From Octopus vulgaris (Eukaryota), in the NCBI GenBank assembly GCA_951406725.2, contig OX597822.1, positions 34,658,001 through 34,722,000 on the forward strand: DNA of 64,000 nucleotides, read 5' to 3'. The notes below the pieces were generated by a model, which worked only from the letters and a program-made list of their open reading frames with translations, did no database searches and was not told the origin of the DNA. Both the position numbers and the translations under genes were made by a program. Shown one piece after another: positions 12,906 to 26,400 of the stretch. How positions within the stretch are numbered: the first letter of the stretch is position 1; every line of letters begins with the position of its first letter.

Positions 12906-14346
12906 TTCAAGCAGCCCAGAAGTATGCACTACTTAGAACAACAGTGCATATGCTATAGAGTAGTATATGCAGCTTGCTTTTGGGATTATCTTTTAGATCT
13001 GCCCCAACATACAAAACACGAACTACAAAAATAACAACAGCTACAATAATGGTCTCTGATTTAGTCACAAGAGCAACTGTATTAAGTTATTGGATAAGTC
13101 GATAGCACTCGCCCCCAGTACTTGACTGGTACTTTATTTTATCAACCCCGACAGTTGACCTCGGCTGGATATGAATCCAAAAGAAAAAGAAAAAAAAAAC
13201 GTTGGAAATGGCGTGCGGGTGTTTAGACTGATGCATAAACACATCAATGATTGTTTATAAAATAGACATGAGGCACTGTGGTGTGGGAGTTTGTTCATAA
13301 CAAAGGTCTCAATAAATGACTGTTGTATTATCTTTTCGTAACCGGAGGAAAGCTCTGCAGAGTTGAGCTCGACGAGATTTGAACTCAAAACTGCACCAAT
13401 CATTTTGTAGAAGATTGGTTCGATCCATTCTTACAATAATTCTCCAACTTCAAAAAGCTTTCCAATAATAAATTGCATATTATTTATTCCTAACGTAATG
13501 TTAATTTTACAGGGAAATTACTGCATATAAAACCCTGAAATCCCAACATCATAAAGTATGGATAACAAGAATTCGCCTTTGATCAGCTGGATTACATAAA
13601 AAATACCTAACTTATGTATAATTATGATCAAGCGAGTATATAACAATTTATGCTCAATGTCAGATAACTTCAGAAATGGTGAGCAGTTACGTATTCATTG
13701 TTAGTCATACATGTGTCAACTATTATCTGTAAAAATAAGCCAAATAACATAACAGATGGCAATTTAATGAGAATTGTACATAATTAAAATACAAAATATT
13801 CAGATTGAAAATCTTGCTTCAGGTTGAGTCAAATATTCAATATAATAACATAAAAACACAAAGCTAATGGCTTATATTACATTTAATCGGTTATACAATG
13901 TCTACGCATAATCAACCTATTTCATTTAATAGCGTAATTTTTCAGCATATACTTATTTGCATACATAGGCATCAGAGAGAAAAGAAGCATACTCGCATAT
14001 ATATTTTATTAAAAATATGCCTGTGATTTCTTTTATTAAGTATTTTTCATATTTCGTCATTGGTCCTTTACGCTTTGTTTGAACATATAACGTTCCTAAA
14101 TCCATTTATTCACTAAGGTTTTAGAATTTTACTTTACAAATAATGAACTGATGGTAATTAGAGTATGCGGTTCGCCCGCTTAACCGTAGACTTCAAAAGA
14201 TCGTTGGAATGATAAAATAAATGGTAAAATCATCCACGCCATATTTTTAAAATATACAACGGTTACATCAGGGTAGATTTCATGAGTTATTTTACGTGTG
14301 AGGTATTTACTGATTATTTTGCTATCGAAGCTTAATTTCTCATTTT

Positions 14347-14774
14347 GGATCTTTTCGGTTTGAACAAAACTTTTTAACATAATTTCTAGGTAACTAAAAT
14401 ATTTTAAACTTCGTATACTGGTAGAATGTGTTTATAAAACATCTTTTTCTCTTGCCTTTATTGAGAAAATTCTATAGTTTGTAAGATATTTGTTTTTTTT
14501 TCTTCAATTTCTCAATTTCAACCAATCAGTGACGTCTATTGAGTTAAGAAGCATTCTGTGCCGTATGAATATGTCCCTCGTTTAAGAAACAGATTGGGTT
14601 TATTTACATTTGTGAAGAAAAAAAGATACCCTTCCCCCACCCCTGACCTCTAACCATAACTAACCCTAACCCTAAAAGAGATTGAAATGCAATAGATCGA
14701 TTCTAGGGTCATAATTATGGGTGACGATTTCATGACACTGCTAGAAAAAACTGCCGTTCAAACCGAAAAGATCC
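14347..14774. mobile_element. MITE with 19-bp TIRs and 8-bp TSD (Merlin-like)
   Basis: TIR ggatcttttcggtttgaac / gttcaaaccgaaaagatcc; TSD ctcatttt at 14339-14346 and 14775-14782; GG termini. Confidence 0.85.
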
Positions 14775-15365
14775 CTCATTTTTAATCGAAATCTTCTTAG
14801 AATTGTTTGAGTGTCAATGAATATTTTATCTAATTTTATTTTGTGTAATGTAAGTTTCAATAGTTTCCTGTTATAAATGCACAGTTAATAAACAGGAAAG
14901 TGTCTGACACGCTTGTCTGGTGAAATAGTTTGAGTCACGAAGTTTACAGCTTTTAGGATTTGTATATTACATTACTTTTCTGAATAGCATTTTGTAGTTG
15001 GCAAATTTGCGGTTTCGAATAGATGATTTGGTAAGATTATTATTTCTTTATTCTGGTGTGTTTGTAATAAAATGTATCATGAATTTGTGGTTCGTTGTGA
15101 TACATATTATGTTCTTTTTTTATGAATCGTTTAATGACGTATTTATCCTTTGAGGAACCATAGTGCATTTGTTCCGTGTAGTATATACGTAATTTGTGTA
15201 TGCTTACGGGTGCTGCATCTGAGAGAATTTGTTGTATTGTTTTTTAGTTTGGTCTACTAATATATTAGTGTAGCATTATATAAAGATACTTGTTTAACAT
15301 GTTGAATTTTCTAAAAGCTTCTTTAATTAACGAAAATTTTAAGGCTCATCTACACAAGAATTTCT

Positions 15366-15758
15366 TTTATTCATTTACTTGTTTCAGCCATTTGACTGTG
15401 GCCATGCTGAAGCACCGCCTTAAGGGTTTTAATCGAAGAAATTGATCCCAGAACATGTTCGTTGCCAGCCTAGTACTTATTCTACCGGTCTCTTTTGTCG
15501 AACCGCTAGGTTACGGGAACATAAACATACCAGCATTGGTTTTCCAGCAAGGGCGTGGGGACAAACACAGACACACACACATAAATATACACATATATAT
15601 ACAACGGGCTTCTTTCAGTTTCCATCTGCCAGATCCACTCATAAGGCTCTGGTCAGCCCAAGGCTATGGTTGAAGACATTTGCCCAAGGTGCCACACAGT
15701 GGGATTTAACCTGGAACCATTTGGTTGAGAAGCAAGCTTCTGACCACGCTGCCACGCC
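15366..15758 (-). mobile_element. SINE family A, full length, diverged
   Basis: Reverse complement of 29508-29924. Confidence 0.8.
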
Positions 15759-15764
15759 GGTGTC

Positions 15765-16085
15765 TATAGATATTTTATACCTATAGGGATAAACATTATC
15801 AGAGTACATCTGTAAGCATTTGCGGTTTATTTTTCTGCATACGGAGCTACTGTCTGTGGTAATTCTTATTTCAATATTTATATCTTAGAATGCAAGAATG
15901 TTAAGACGTGAAGTTTATGCTAGAGCTGTGTTGGATCATAAGTGTAAGGCTGAAACTTTTTTCAAACTATTCTATAAGTCGATCAGTCAGTATTTGTCGT
16001 AATAAACATACGATCAATGTACGGTTATTTATGATCAATGTATGCGTACATTTATTTACAAGTTTCTTCTACTAATCATATAGAA
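15765..16085 (-). repeat. Inverted partner of 7715-8035
   Basis: Collinear reverse-complement similarity over ~320 bp. Confidence 0.8.
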
Positions 16086-16569
16086 CGCCACCAATACGAC
16101 CCCAGGTGAGTACCCATAAGCAACAAGTCCTCCTGCGCCGTTACATTGAATTGTAAACAGCGGAATTTGAGTTCATTCACATAGAACAACATAAACTTCT
16201 CAAGATATTTCTTGGTACAGGAAATGAGTTTACTTTATAATATAATACGCACTTGTTATCCAATGTTATGTTTGCTGCTTCATGTATTGGGACGTTCGAG
16301 TAAACTAGTTTGATATATCTACCGGAAATTTTACCAAATTTACCGCTTTTCTATAGAACTTCTAGGAATCTGTTAGATGGCGGTATTTATGCACACACAC
16401 ATACAAACATACACCACCCTCCATTATATGTAGGTACATATTCATATATGTACTACAGAGGTGCCAATGTTTCACTGATTCCTGAGATCATAGTATAAGC
16501 TAAAATCATTTATATATATATATTTATATAATTGATATATATATATATATATACAATCTATATAGCTAC

Positions 16570-16607
<38 letters not shown>

Positions 16608-16798
16608 TTGTGTGTGTATGTTTGTGTGTGTGTGTGTATAAGTATGTATATGTGTATGTATGAATAAATGTATTCAATTTTTCATGATTCAGATGGCTTC
16701 TTTTCTTCTTTTTCTTCTTCCTATTATTATTATCATTATTATTATTATCATTATTATTATTATTATCATTATTATTATTATTATCCTTATTATTATTA

Positions 16799-16829
<31 letters not shown>

Positions 16830-16852
16830 CATTATTATTATTATTTGTTATT

Positions 16853-16884
<32 letters not shown>

Positions 16885-16896
16885 TATTATTATTAT

Positions 16897-17215
16897 TGTT
16901 CTTGTTCCTGTTGTTATATGAAAACTCAGAGCTTATTTTGCTGGATATGATGGAAAGTGTCAGCTGTCCACAACCAGTAGACTAAGGTGACACTTGTTTA
17001 ACTGGTCATGCTTCAAGAACCCTATGAAGAATTCTTGCAATTCCAAGCAATGCTGATTTTCAGCCATGTTGGTAATTCAGTGCTGATACTTTCAAGTGCA
17101 CCAATTACTATTGGCATCACGCCTACTCCGCTCATTGGTCACAAACTTTGTATTTCTCATTTTAAATCGTCGTAGTTGTTTATTTTTTCTTCTTCCTTCA
17201 GATTGATCATGTTGT
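16897..17215 (-). pseudogene. Second R4/Dong-like subfamily: REL C-terminus and 3'UTR within ATT/ATC repeats
   Basis: Minus-strand translation NLKEEEKINNYDDLK*EIQSL*PMSGVGVMPIVIGALESI...SALLGIARILHRVLEA*; ATT repeats on both sides. Confidence 0.75.
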
Positions 17216-17923
17216 TATTATTAATATCATCATTATTATTATTATTTTTTTTGTTTAACTATTATAGTATCATGACAGCCATGTAATGTAGTTACAAGGA
17301 TCCAATGGTACATCATCATTCAGCCATGTCCGAAGATTGGTGAATTTACCAGTTCATATTCAGCATGACATTATTTAGTAACATTGATAGGTTGTCATAA
17401 GACAATGATATCATACGAGTAACATACGCACACAAACACACACACATACACATAGACACAAACACACACACATATACACACATGTATGCATACTTGTATA
17501 GGCAATACTTACATAAATATATGTATATTACATGTATGTGCGTGTGTGTATGTGTGTATGTGACTGTATTTTGAATTTTTATATATGGGGACTCTATTAT
17601 GCATACTTGATATTTCCTTTAGTGAAATTCAAGCTTTGGAACTGGTAAAAGAGTGGAGATATACTATGTCATTGAAAGGACAAATTTACAAGATTAATAA
17701 GTAATATCTATGTTCACTGAACTGTAAAGCCAGAACGTGATGCAATTTACGATGACTTCAAAATAGTTTGATAGTCTCCTACAATATATCATTCATGAAA
17801 AAAGTGACTTTTTTTACTTTTTACAACGAGGAAAACACGTATTAATACTTAAATATTAAAAGTGGTACTACCATAATTATTTTAGACGCAGTTCTGTTTT
17901 TTAGTTTCTGGACAACGAAGAGA

Positions 17924-18458
17924 ACTGTAATCAATTAGAATTCCAGCTTTGCCTAAACAGAGGACTACATCACCGACGTAACATTTAATTCCTAAGAGCG
18001 TTGTGTGTAATTTTCAGAGAAATGTGGTCGTTTTTTCTAACTGGCCGCACATCCACATAGATGCTGCCTTGTTCGCTAGAAGTATTATGAATTTAGTTGA
18101 AAATACTATTTTCCGTTATATAGGGAATATGTGTTGTAATTTGTTGATCCATTAATTAATAATATAATTAAGATACCGATGGAAATTAATGATAACTTAA
18201 TTTTACGCATAGTTGCCGAAATTATTATCGTTTACTTGCGGCAGAAATGCAAGCATTTCGGGGAAATAATATTATCTACTTAAATGCGTTTCCATCCTAA
18301 TCAGCTCTTACAAAGATATGATCTTAAACTAAAGAATTTAACATTGAGTGCCACGGGTTTGCAGTTTAAGGTAATTTGAGAGAGGCGGTGTGAGTGGCAG
18401 AGTCGTTAGTGTTATACAAAGGCTCCCTTGTGTTACATAGACTCGAGCATATCAATCA

Positions 18459-18554
<96 letters not shown>

Positions 18555-19309
18555 GTTTATGTATCTATTTATCAATATGTATATATGCATGTATATGTAT
18601 ATTTTTGTGTATATGTTTGTGTGTATGTGTGTCTATGTGTATCTGCGTGTATATAGATATGTAACTTAGATAAGTTACATAACTTTGATATGGTTCTATA
18701 TTTAAGAGATGAGGAATTATGTAAATAATGTAAATAATGAATTTTGATATGTTAAGACAAAAGATTGGTCCAGGCTAACTTAATGGCACCACCTAATAGG
18801 ATTTGCTAAATTTTATTTTTAAGTCAAGTTTTGTACTATGATGGGCCATACTTCTTGGGTGAGTTGTGCGTGTACGTACATATACATGCATACTTACATA
18901 CATATATGTACATATATATATATATATATATATATAAGTTATGTACATATATCTTCTTGTTTGTAAAGTGTTACACGAGGGTGAAATTTCTCGATAATTA
19001 CATGTTCAGCTTCTTTCACGGTTTTAGTTCTTACAATATCCATGATGGATTAATGGTGAGGAAATATGGAAAAGTCGGATGTAGAATTACTTCATCTGGC
19101 CTGTTCACTTTTCCTCAGCATTAATCCACACACACACACTGTAATCTAATAGTATTGCAGCTTTGCAGCTTCTATGTGGATGTTCGGCCAGTTAGAAAAA
19201 GCGACAACATTTCTCTAAAAATCACACACAACCCTCTTAAGGACCGAAATGTTACACCAGTGATGTAGTCCTCCATTTAGGAAAAGCTGCAATATTATTT
19301 GATTACAGT
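17924..19309. repeat. Inverted repeat pair, ~140-bp arms (17924-18067 / 19165-19309)
   Basis: gaggactacatcac...ttctaactggccgcacatccacatagatgctgc is the reverse complement of gcagcttctatgtggatgttcggccagttagaa...gtgatgtagtcctc. Confidence 0.85.
18693..18740 (-). mobile_element. Terminal fragment of the hammerhead-bearing element at 54948-55127
   Basis: gttctatatttaagagatgaggaatta identical to 54949-54975. Confidence 0.65.
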
Positions 19310-19558
19310 GTGCGTGTGTGTGTGTATGTGTGGCTCATGAGAGAGACGGAAGATGGACGATACGAGAGATTTTATTCATAACTACAATTGTTTCGATCAA
19401 TCTAGCATTGATCCGTCCCGGTGGGATGCCTCACAACTGGTTCAGGAGCATCTGATGGTGTCGATATAGCTCTTCGTGTGTGTGTGTGTGTGTATGTATA
19501 TATCTATATATATGTGTGTGTGCCTGTATATATATGTACATATATGTGTCTGTAGTTA

Positions 19559-19596
<38 letters not shown>

Positions 19597-19697
19597 CGCA
19601 TACTTACATATGCATACATACATTTATACACAAACTTACATACACACACATATATACACATATATATATATATATAAATATATTTATGTATAGACAC

Positions 19698-19997
19698 AGG
19701 CACTCTATCGGTTACGACAACAGGTGTTCCAACTGATCGAATCAACGAAGCAGCCTTCTCATGAAATTAACGTCAAAGTGGCTGACCACTCCACAAACAC
19801 GTGTGCCCTTAATGTACTTCACAGAGAAGTCGAGGGTGACACAGAATGCGAAAAGCTACGACTCATTCTTGCGAGCTGAGTGGACTAGAGGTACCTGAAG
19901 TAAAGGTGTCTTGGTCATGATACAACACACCACCTGGAATCGAACTTAAGACTATATCATTGTCAGCGAATATCCTAACCCCTAAGCCACATACATT
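19698..19997 (-). mobile_element. Degenerate SINE, head D + tail 2
   Basis: Homologous to 51677-51988. Confidence 0.7.
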
Positions 19998-20040
19998 CAC
20001 GCACATACACATATATGTACGTATTCCCACGCATGCTTAT

Positions 20041-20129
<89 letters not shown>

Positions 20130-20485
20130 AAAGGGTAAAATTAATTAATTAAGAAGTAATCAATAATTTCACCAAGAAGAATTCGGTATCAAAAAAGGAC
20201 CATTTCACGGCAAACTTAAGTAATACTTATTAATAAGGGTTCAGCAATGATCGGCTTTACCACATGCCGAAGTTTAGAAATAGCAGCCAAAAAATCTTAG
20301 CTATTTCTTCTACTTTAAAAAGGGACTCCTAGAGAAACCAAAATACTTGAAAATAATTCACACAGGCAGATAGAAAAGCAACGATAGATAGGTAGGTTGG
20401 TAGGTAGGTAGGTAGGTAGGTAGGTAGGTAGGTAGGTAGGTAAGTAGGTAGGTAGATAGATAGATAGATATATAGATAGATAGAT

Positions 20486-20531
<46 letters not shown>

Positions 20532-20552
20532 GTAGGTAGGTAGGTAGGTAGG

Positions 20553-20626
<74 letters not shown>

Positions 20627-20828
20627 TATCCATAAACATACACCCACTCACGAAGATTATCATGCACAAATATATATCGACAAATCTATACATATCTGCT
20701 GATATTTTTGTCTAACGTATTAATGAGAGTCTTATGTTATATTTTTTATCTTTATGATGAGCAAACATTAATCTGTCGGACAATTTCCTTCAGCGTTAAC
20801 ATGCTGAAAGAACAAACAGTAAAATATT

Positions 20829-20903
<75 letters not shown>

Positions 20904-21197
20904 CTACAAAAAACTAAAACTTAATGGCAATAATAAGGAAATGCTATGTCCCCCAATTCAACTGACCTCATTCATTTACGATATCCCACAGGAAATACAC
21001 TGTTGATCCAACATAGGCCGACGTTGTCATAAATGTATGACAATCCAATAAACAGACATAACCAGAAAGAACTGGATATCTGACAACGTAGATTATATTT
21101 AATAATATTGCATCGCTGAAACTCTATAACCAATTCTCGGAAGAGACGTCGCTACAGCCGACGTATTAAATAGAATTATTATTATCATTATTATTAT

Positions 21198-21232
<35 letters not shown>

Positions 21233-21240
21233 CATTGTTG

Positions 21241-21304
<64 letters not shown>

Positions 21305-21488
21305 AATTATTTTTTTAACTTTTGTATGCTATGCATATGTTCCTTCTTTTACAGTGTATACCGTGTATACTTATTTCATATTTTTATCATTTCATTATTA
21401 CATGTTTCTGTATTGCCCCCACCCCACTCTCCACCTTCGTCATCGTCATCATCATCATTATTATTATTATTAATATTATTATTATTAA

Positions 21489-21583
21489 TTTTTCTTCTTT
21501 TAATTTTGTTTCCATTTCTTGCCGAGTGTCTTCACATCTCTTAGCTTATCATCATCACCATCATTGTCATCATCATCATTCAT

Positions 21584-21618
<35 letters not shown>

Positions 21619-21738
21619 CATCATCATCATCATCAACCATACGATTATTATTATTATCATTATCATTATTATTGTTATTAGTATTAGTTTTTCTTCTAAT
21701 TTTTTTTCCATTTCTTACCAAGTGTCTTCCCATCCCTT
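21489..21738 (-). mobile_element. Two ~55-bp Dong 3'-terminal stubs in ATT/ATC repeats
   Basis: Reverse complements gaagacactcggcaagaaatggaaacaaaattaaaagaagaaaaa and ggaagacacttggtaagaaatggaaaaaaaattagaagaaaaa match 58551-58596. Confidence 0.8.
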
Positions 21739-22070
21739 ATCATCATCATCATTATCATCATCACTATTCATATCATCATCATCATCATCATCATCACCAT
21801 CATCATCATCACCATCATTATTATTATCATCATCATCATCATTATTATTATTATCATTATTATTATCATCATCATCATTATTAATGGTCTTTTATTTCTG
21901 TTTTTTTTTTTTTACGTTTACCAGATCGGACAGACGTTCAAAGCGAGAGTGGTCAATCGTATAAAAAGTATACGAAGGTTGGCAGGAGGTTACGTATACA
22001 CGTACAGCATTATGAATAATTGAATATGTATGGACGGTATCATGCAAACCTATAATGAAACGAACGACGG

Positions 22071-22200
22071 CAATAGAGTCAGCTAAGACCGATGTTATAT
22101 TTCCAGCTTCTTTTTAATCCTGTGATCTTCAGTTTACATAGATTTCTCATTTATATTCCTGTTTCCTTATGTATGTGTACGTATGTGTGTATGTGTGTGT
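22071..22200 (+). repeat. ~130-bp direct repeat, second copy at 23290-23420
   Basis: caataga.tcagctaagacc...taatcctgtgatcttcagtttacata...tgtttccttatgtatgtg present in both. Confidence 0.8.
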
Positions 22201-22210
22201 AAGCGTGTGT

Positions 22211-22258
<48 letters not shown>

Positions 22259-22412
22259 GTGCGTGTGTGTGTGAGTGTGTGTGCATGTGTGACGAGCGTC
22301 TGCCATTGTTTTGAATAGCGAACATATCAGACTCTGATATTTGCAATGTAGGAAACTCTTGACTCGCGAGTCATTCCTGCTGAATACAAACACGCAAATG
22401 ACATACACATAA

Positions 22413-22483
<71 letters not shown>

Positions 22484-22497
22484 GACACATACATGTA

Positions 22498-22822
22498 TCT
22501 TTTATCTTTTACTTCTTTTAGTCACTAGACTGCGGCCATGCTGGAGCACGTCCTCGAACATTTACTCGAATGAATCGACCTCATTACGTTTTTTAATAAG
22601 TTCTGTGGACACTTTGACGAACCGCTAAGTTACGGGAACATAAACACACCAACATCAATTGTCAATTTGTGATGAGGTGACAAATATAGACAGAAAGACG
22701 CACACACACATACACAAATATACAAATATATGTATGCCACGGGTTTCTTTCAGTTTCCACACTGCTTTGGTGGACCCGAAGCGATAAGAAAAGCCACTTG
22801 TCCAAGGCGCCCATGCCTAGGC
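22498..22822 (-). mobile_element. Degenerate SINE family A
   Basis: gactgcggccatgctggagcac; aaccgctaagttacggg; tctttcagtttcc. Confidence 0.7.
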
Positions 22823-22881
22823 ATACACACACACACGCATATATACACACATTTTCACACACACACTATATATATATATAT

Positions 22882-23260
22882 GTGGAGGCGCAATGGCCCA
22901 GTGGTTAGGGCAGCGGACTCGCGGTCAAAGGATCGCGGTTTCGATTCCCAGACCGGGCGTTGTGAGTGTTTATTGAGCGAAAACACCTAAAGCTCCACGA
23001 GGCTCCGGCAGGGATGGTGGTGGTCCCTGCTGTACTCTTTCACCACAACTTTCTCTCACTCTTACTTCCTGTTTCTGTTGTACCTGTATTTCAAAGGGTC
23101 GGCCTTGTCACTCTCTGTGTCACGCTGAATATCCCCGAGAACTACGTTAAGGGTACACGTGTCTGTGGAGTGCTCAGCCACTTACACGTTAATTTCACGA
23201 GCAGGCTGTTCCGTTGATTCGGATCAACCGGAACCCTCGTCGTCGTAACCGACGGAGTGC
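22882..23260 (+). mobile_element. tRNA(Arg)-like-headed SINE, head C + tail 2, well preserved
   Basis: A box TGGCCCAGTGG, loop ACTCGCG, B box GTTTCGATTCC; flanked by (TA)n. Confidence 0.9.
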
Positions 23261-23514
23261 TTCCATATATATATATATATATATATAATCAATAGAATCA
23301 GCTAAGACCTATCTATACTTTGAGTTTCTTTTAATCCTGTGATCTTCAGTTTACATATATTTCTCATTTATATTTCTGTTTCCTTATGTATGTGAACGTA
23401 TGTGTATATGTGTATGTGTGTATGCGTGTGTGTACGTATGTGTTATGTGTGTGTGTGTGCGTATGTATGTGTGTGTGTGTACATATACAGAAACAGAGAT
23501 TGAGAGAGAGGAAG

Positions 23515-23574
<60 letters not shown>

Positions 23575-23963
23575 GATATTTTTCCTATTAGCTAAATGTC
23601 TGTACCACGTGTATACATACCCTGTACCATGTGTATATACTCCCTCTCCATACATTGGGCCGGAACAATTTTGTGGCACTGCATTCAAGAGCATCTCCTC
23701 CGGTACTTCAACCATTTTGTTTAACAATATTGAGTTTTAGCTCATGCACAAACCTTCATTTTTTATGAACCGGAGCATAATCGATTAGGGTCTTACCCAA
23801 TTTTGACTTTTTAATCTTTGCCTTTTATACCTTTCAGTCAATTCAACTGCGGCTTTGCTGCAGCACCGCCTTAAAACATTTTAGTCGAACGAATCGGCCC
23901 CCTGAACATATATTTCTAAAAGCTTGCTACTTATTTTATCGGGCTCTGTAGTTGAACCGCATA

Positions 23964-24005
<42 letters not shown>

Positions 24006-24007
<2 letters not shown>

Positions 24008-24194
24008 GGGGGTGTTGAAAAGTTCATGGCTCTAAGCGTGTCACGAAAGGCCTGGTTGGAGGGCCAAACCTCCGAGTTCTTTTACAGAGCATCGAAAATC
24101 TCGAGGACCCCTGCAATAAGTGAGTGAATCATAATTAACTGGTCCTTCTTGATTTTCTTTTACTAAAAGCTAGGAATTTTTCAGCTCCTTATCG
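24006..24194. mobile_element. Mariner-type MITE, degenerate
   Basis: ta|cagggggtgttgaaaagttcatggc ... gctaggaattttttcagctccttatcg|ta. Confidence 0.6.
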
Positions 24195-24207
24195 TATACA
24201 TACATAC

Positions 24208-24266
<59 letters not shown>

Positions 24267-24306
24267 CACACATATGTGTGTATATATATATATATATGAA
24301 TTTATA

Positions 24307-24523
24307 CAGGGTGGTCCAAAGTAGGTTTACTAGGTTTACAGTTATCATGGAGGCACTTTAAATTTTTTTTAAACATTATTGCATTTAAATTTCTATCTTA
24401 AAATTAACTAAATTAATATAGAAAAATGGTTTCATATATTTTTATAATCAAAATCTAAACAGTTGATATAGAAATGCGAAAGAGATAGTTGATTTATTGT
24501 AAACCTACTTTTGGGCCACTCTG
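24307..24523. mobile_element. Tc1/mariner MITE
   Basis: TIR cagggtggtccaaagtaggtttac / gtaaacctacttttgggccactctg with TA TSD. Confidence 0.85.
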
Positions 24524-24575
24524 TATACATATACATATATATGCATATACATATATATATACACACACATGTGTT

Positions 24576-24657
<82 letters not shown>

Positions 24658-24660
24658 CAC

Positions 24661-24692
<32 letters not shown>

Positions 24693-24699
24693 GAGCGTC

Positions 24700-24848
24700 T
24701 TTGAATTTATATCTGCCAAATCTATTCACAAGATTGTAGTCGATTCGGTGCTATAAGAGAAGGCATTTGCCCGTGCCACGCAGTAGAACTGAACTTGGAA
24801 CCATGTAGTTGGGAAGCAAACTTCTTACCACACAGCCCCGCCTGCGCT
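24700..24848 (-). mobile_element. SINE family A, 5' part
   Basis: ggaaccatgtagttgggaagcaaacttcttaccacacagcc. Confidence 0.7.
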
Positions 24849-25199
24849 TATCATGATATTTACTTATTGCGTAGAACACCTTATTTCCGGCTCTATCAGC
24901 CGGAAATAACCAGACGAAATTAGCCGAGTCTTTTTCGTTTCGTTTGCAAGTGAGAGAATGTAAGAGAGACAAGAGGAAGAGAAAAAATACTTTGGTTTAC
25001 CCTTGAAGTCGGCTGAATGAGAACAGGCAAATATATTTCGAAATTATTCTGTAAGAGACTGCGTGTCACGATTCTTTTAATTCAAACCGCTTCGGTATAA
25101 AAATTAGATATATACATACAGTATGGCTTTCGAATTCTCTCATGTGTGCGCACGCGGAGCTGCGTGCGAATCCTTACATATGCGCGCGCGCGCGCGTGT

Positions 25200-25256
<57 letters not shown>

Positions 25257-25394
25257 TGTGTGAGTGTGTACAGATGTATATATATGCGTACGCATGTATC
25301 TATGTATCAATGTTTGCTTGTGTGCCGTACGTGTATCGATGCGAATTTGATCAGTAAACACGCCATATATCTTTGTATACGAGTGCGTGCGTGC

Positions 25395-25433
<39 letters not shown>

Positions 25434-25614
25434 CGTGCGTGTGTGTATGCGTGTGAGTATGTGCTCCGTAATATTTGAAGTTACTCCAGACCGATTCAAA
25501 AATACCACCACCGTCTCCTCCTCCTCCGCTCTCCTACTCTTCCTACTCATGTGCCTCTTCCTCCTCTTCCTCCTCCTCCTACTACTACTACTACTACTAC
25601 CACTACCAATAATA

Positions 25615-25659
<45 letters not shown>

Positions 25660-25976
25660 ACAACAACAATTATAACTATATCAATAATAACAATGTTCAA
25701 AATCTCATGAATATACAAGAAATTAATAATCCTATTACTATGTTGATCGGTAGTATGCTGTAGATTATGCTGTTGATCCAGGCTTCCTGGATAAACAGTC
25801 GATGGGATTATGTTTGTTATAGTACCTTCGTTAGTACTTTCATATTAAACTCTGAACAAATATATTTTCTCGTTTTTATTGTGTTCTCCAATCAGTCTCA
25901 TTCTAGTGTGCTTTCAGCTTAACTCATTTGCGTCCTTAATTTGCTTTCATTTTCTCGTCACCTTCGGATATATATA

Positions 25977-26400
25977 CAGTGTTGCCAAAATATATACACA
26001 TTTTAGCAACTGATGACTCACTTGATTTTCATTTCTTTTTAAGTTTAACGCATTGGAAATAATAATGCTCAGCCAGACTATGATTTGAATAGAGGAAATA
26101 TATCGTGCTATTCGAAGATCGTCAATGTAGTTAGAATTAAGGAAGGATTTTCAAACAATTTTATCACGCGAATTAGAGGTAAATTTGAAGGAGAACTGAC
26201 CAAAAAGTTCACCAGAAATATTCCGGATTACTCTGGACATCGACGACTTTCGCAAAGCAAGAGAACATACTAGAAACGTATTGCCAGAGTTCTGGCATAT
26301 TTGTGTACGCGAGCGTGTAGCGAAATAGGAATTTCAAAACCAAGCTTTTACCTCATTTTTGAAGCTCTCTTATTGGAAAGTTTGCATAGTCGATTTCTCA
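25977..26400 (+). mobile_element. Tc1/mariner-like 5' remnant
   Basis: ta|cagtgttgccaaaa terminus; HTH-like remnant RACSEIGISKPSFYLI. Confidence 0.4.

Larger units (their letters stand above)
12150..13050 (+). pseudogene. Old R4/Dong-like LINE 3' end (REL C-terminus) split by two SINE B insertions
   Basis: LWNMGIKITPVFTGIVGLIKKGIEKF (12150-12260) resumes as QAAQKYALLRTTVHML (~12908), collinear with MWHLKAVTIPVIVGALGMIKKGTENY...QEVQKIVLTGTSHVL of the 56-58 kb element. Confidence 0.6.

Noticed and set aside
22882-22960. tRNA-Arg(TCG) gene
   Set aside because: No proper acceptor stem or terminator; continues into a multi-copy SINE body
23670-23800. Tc1-like transposase C-terminal fragment
   Set aside because: Suggestive only; no diagnostic motif
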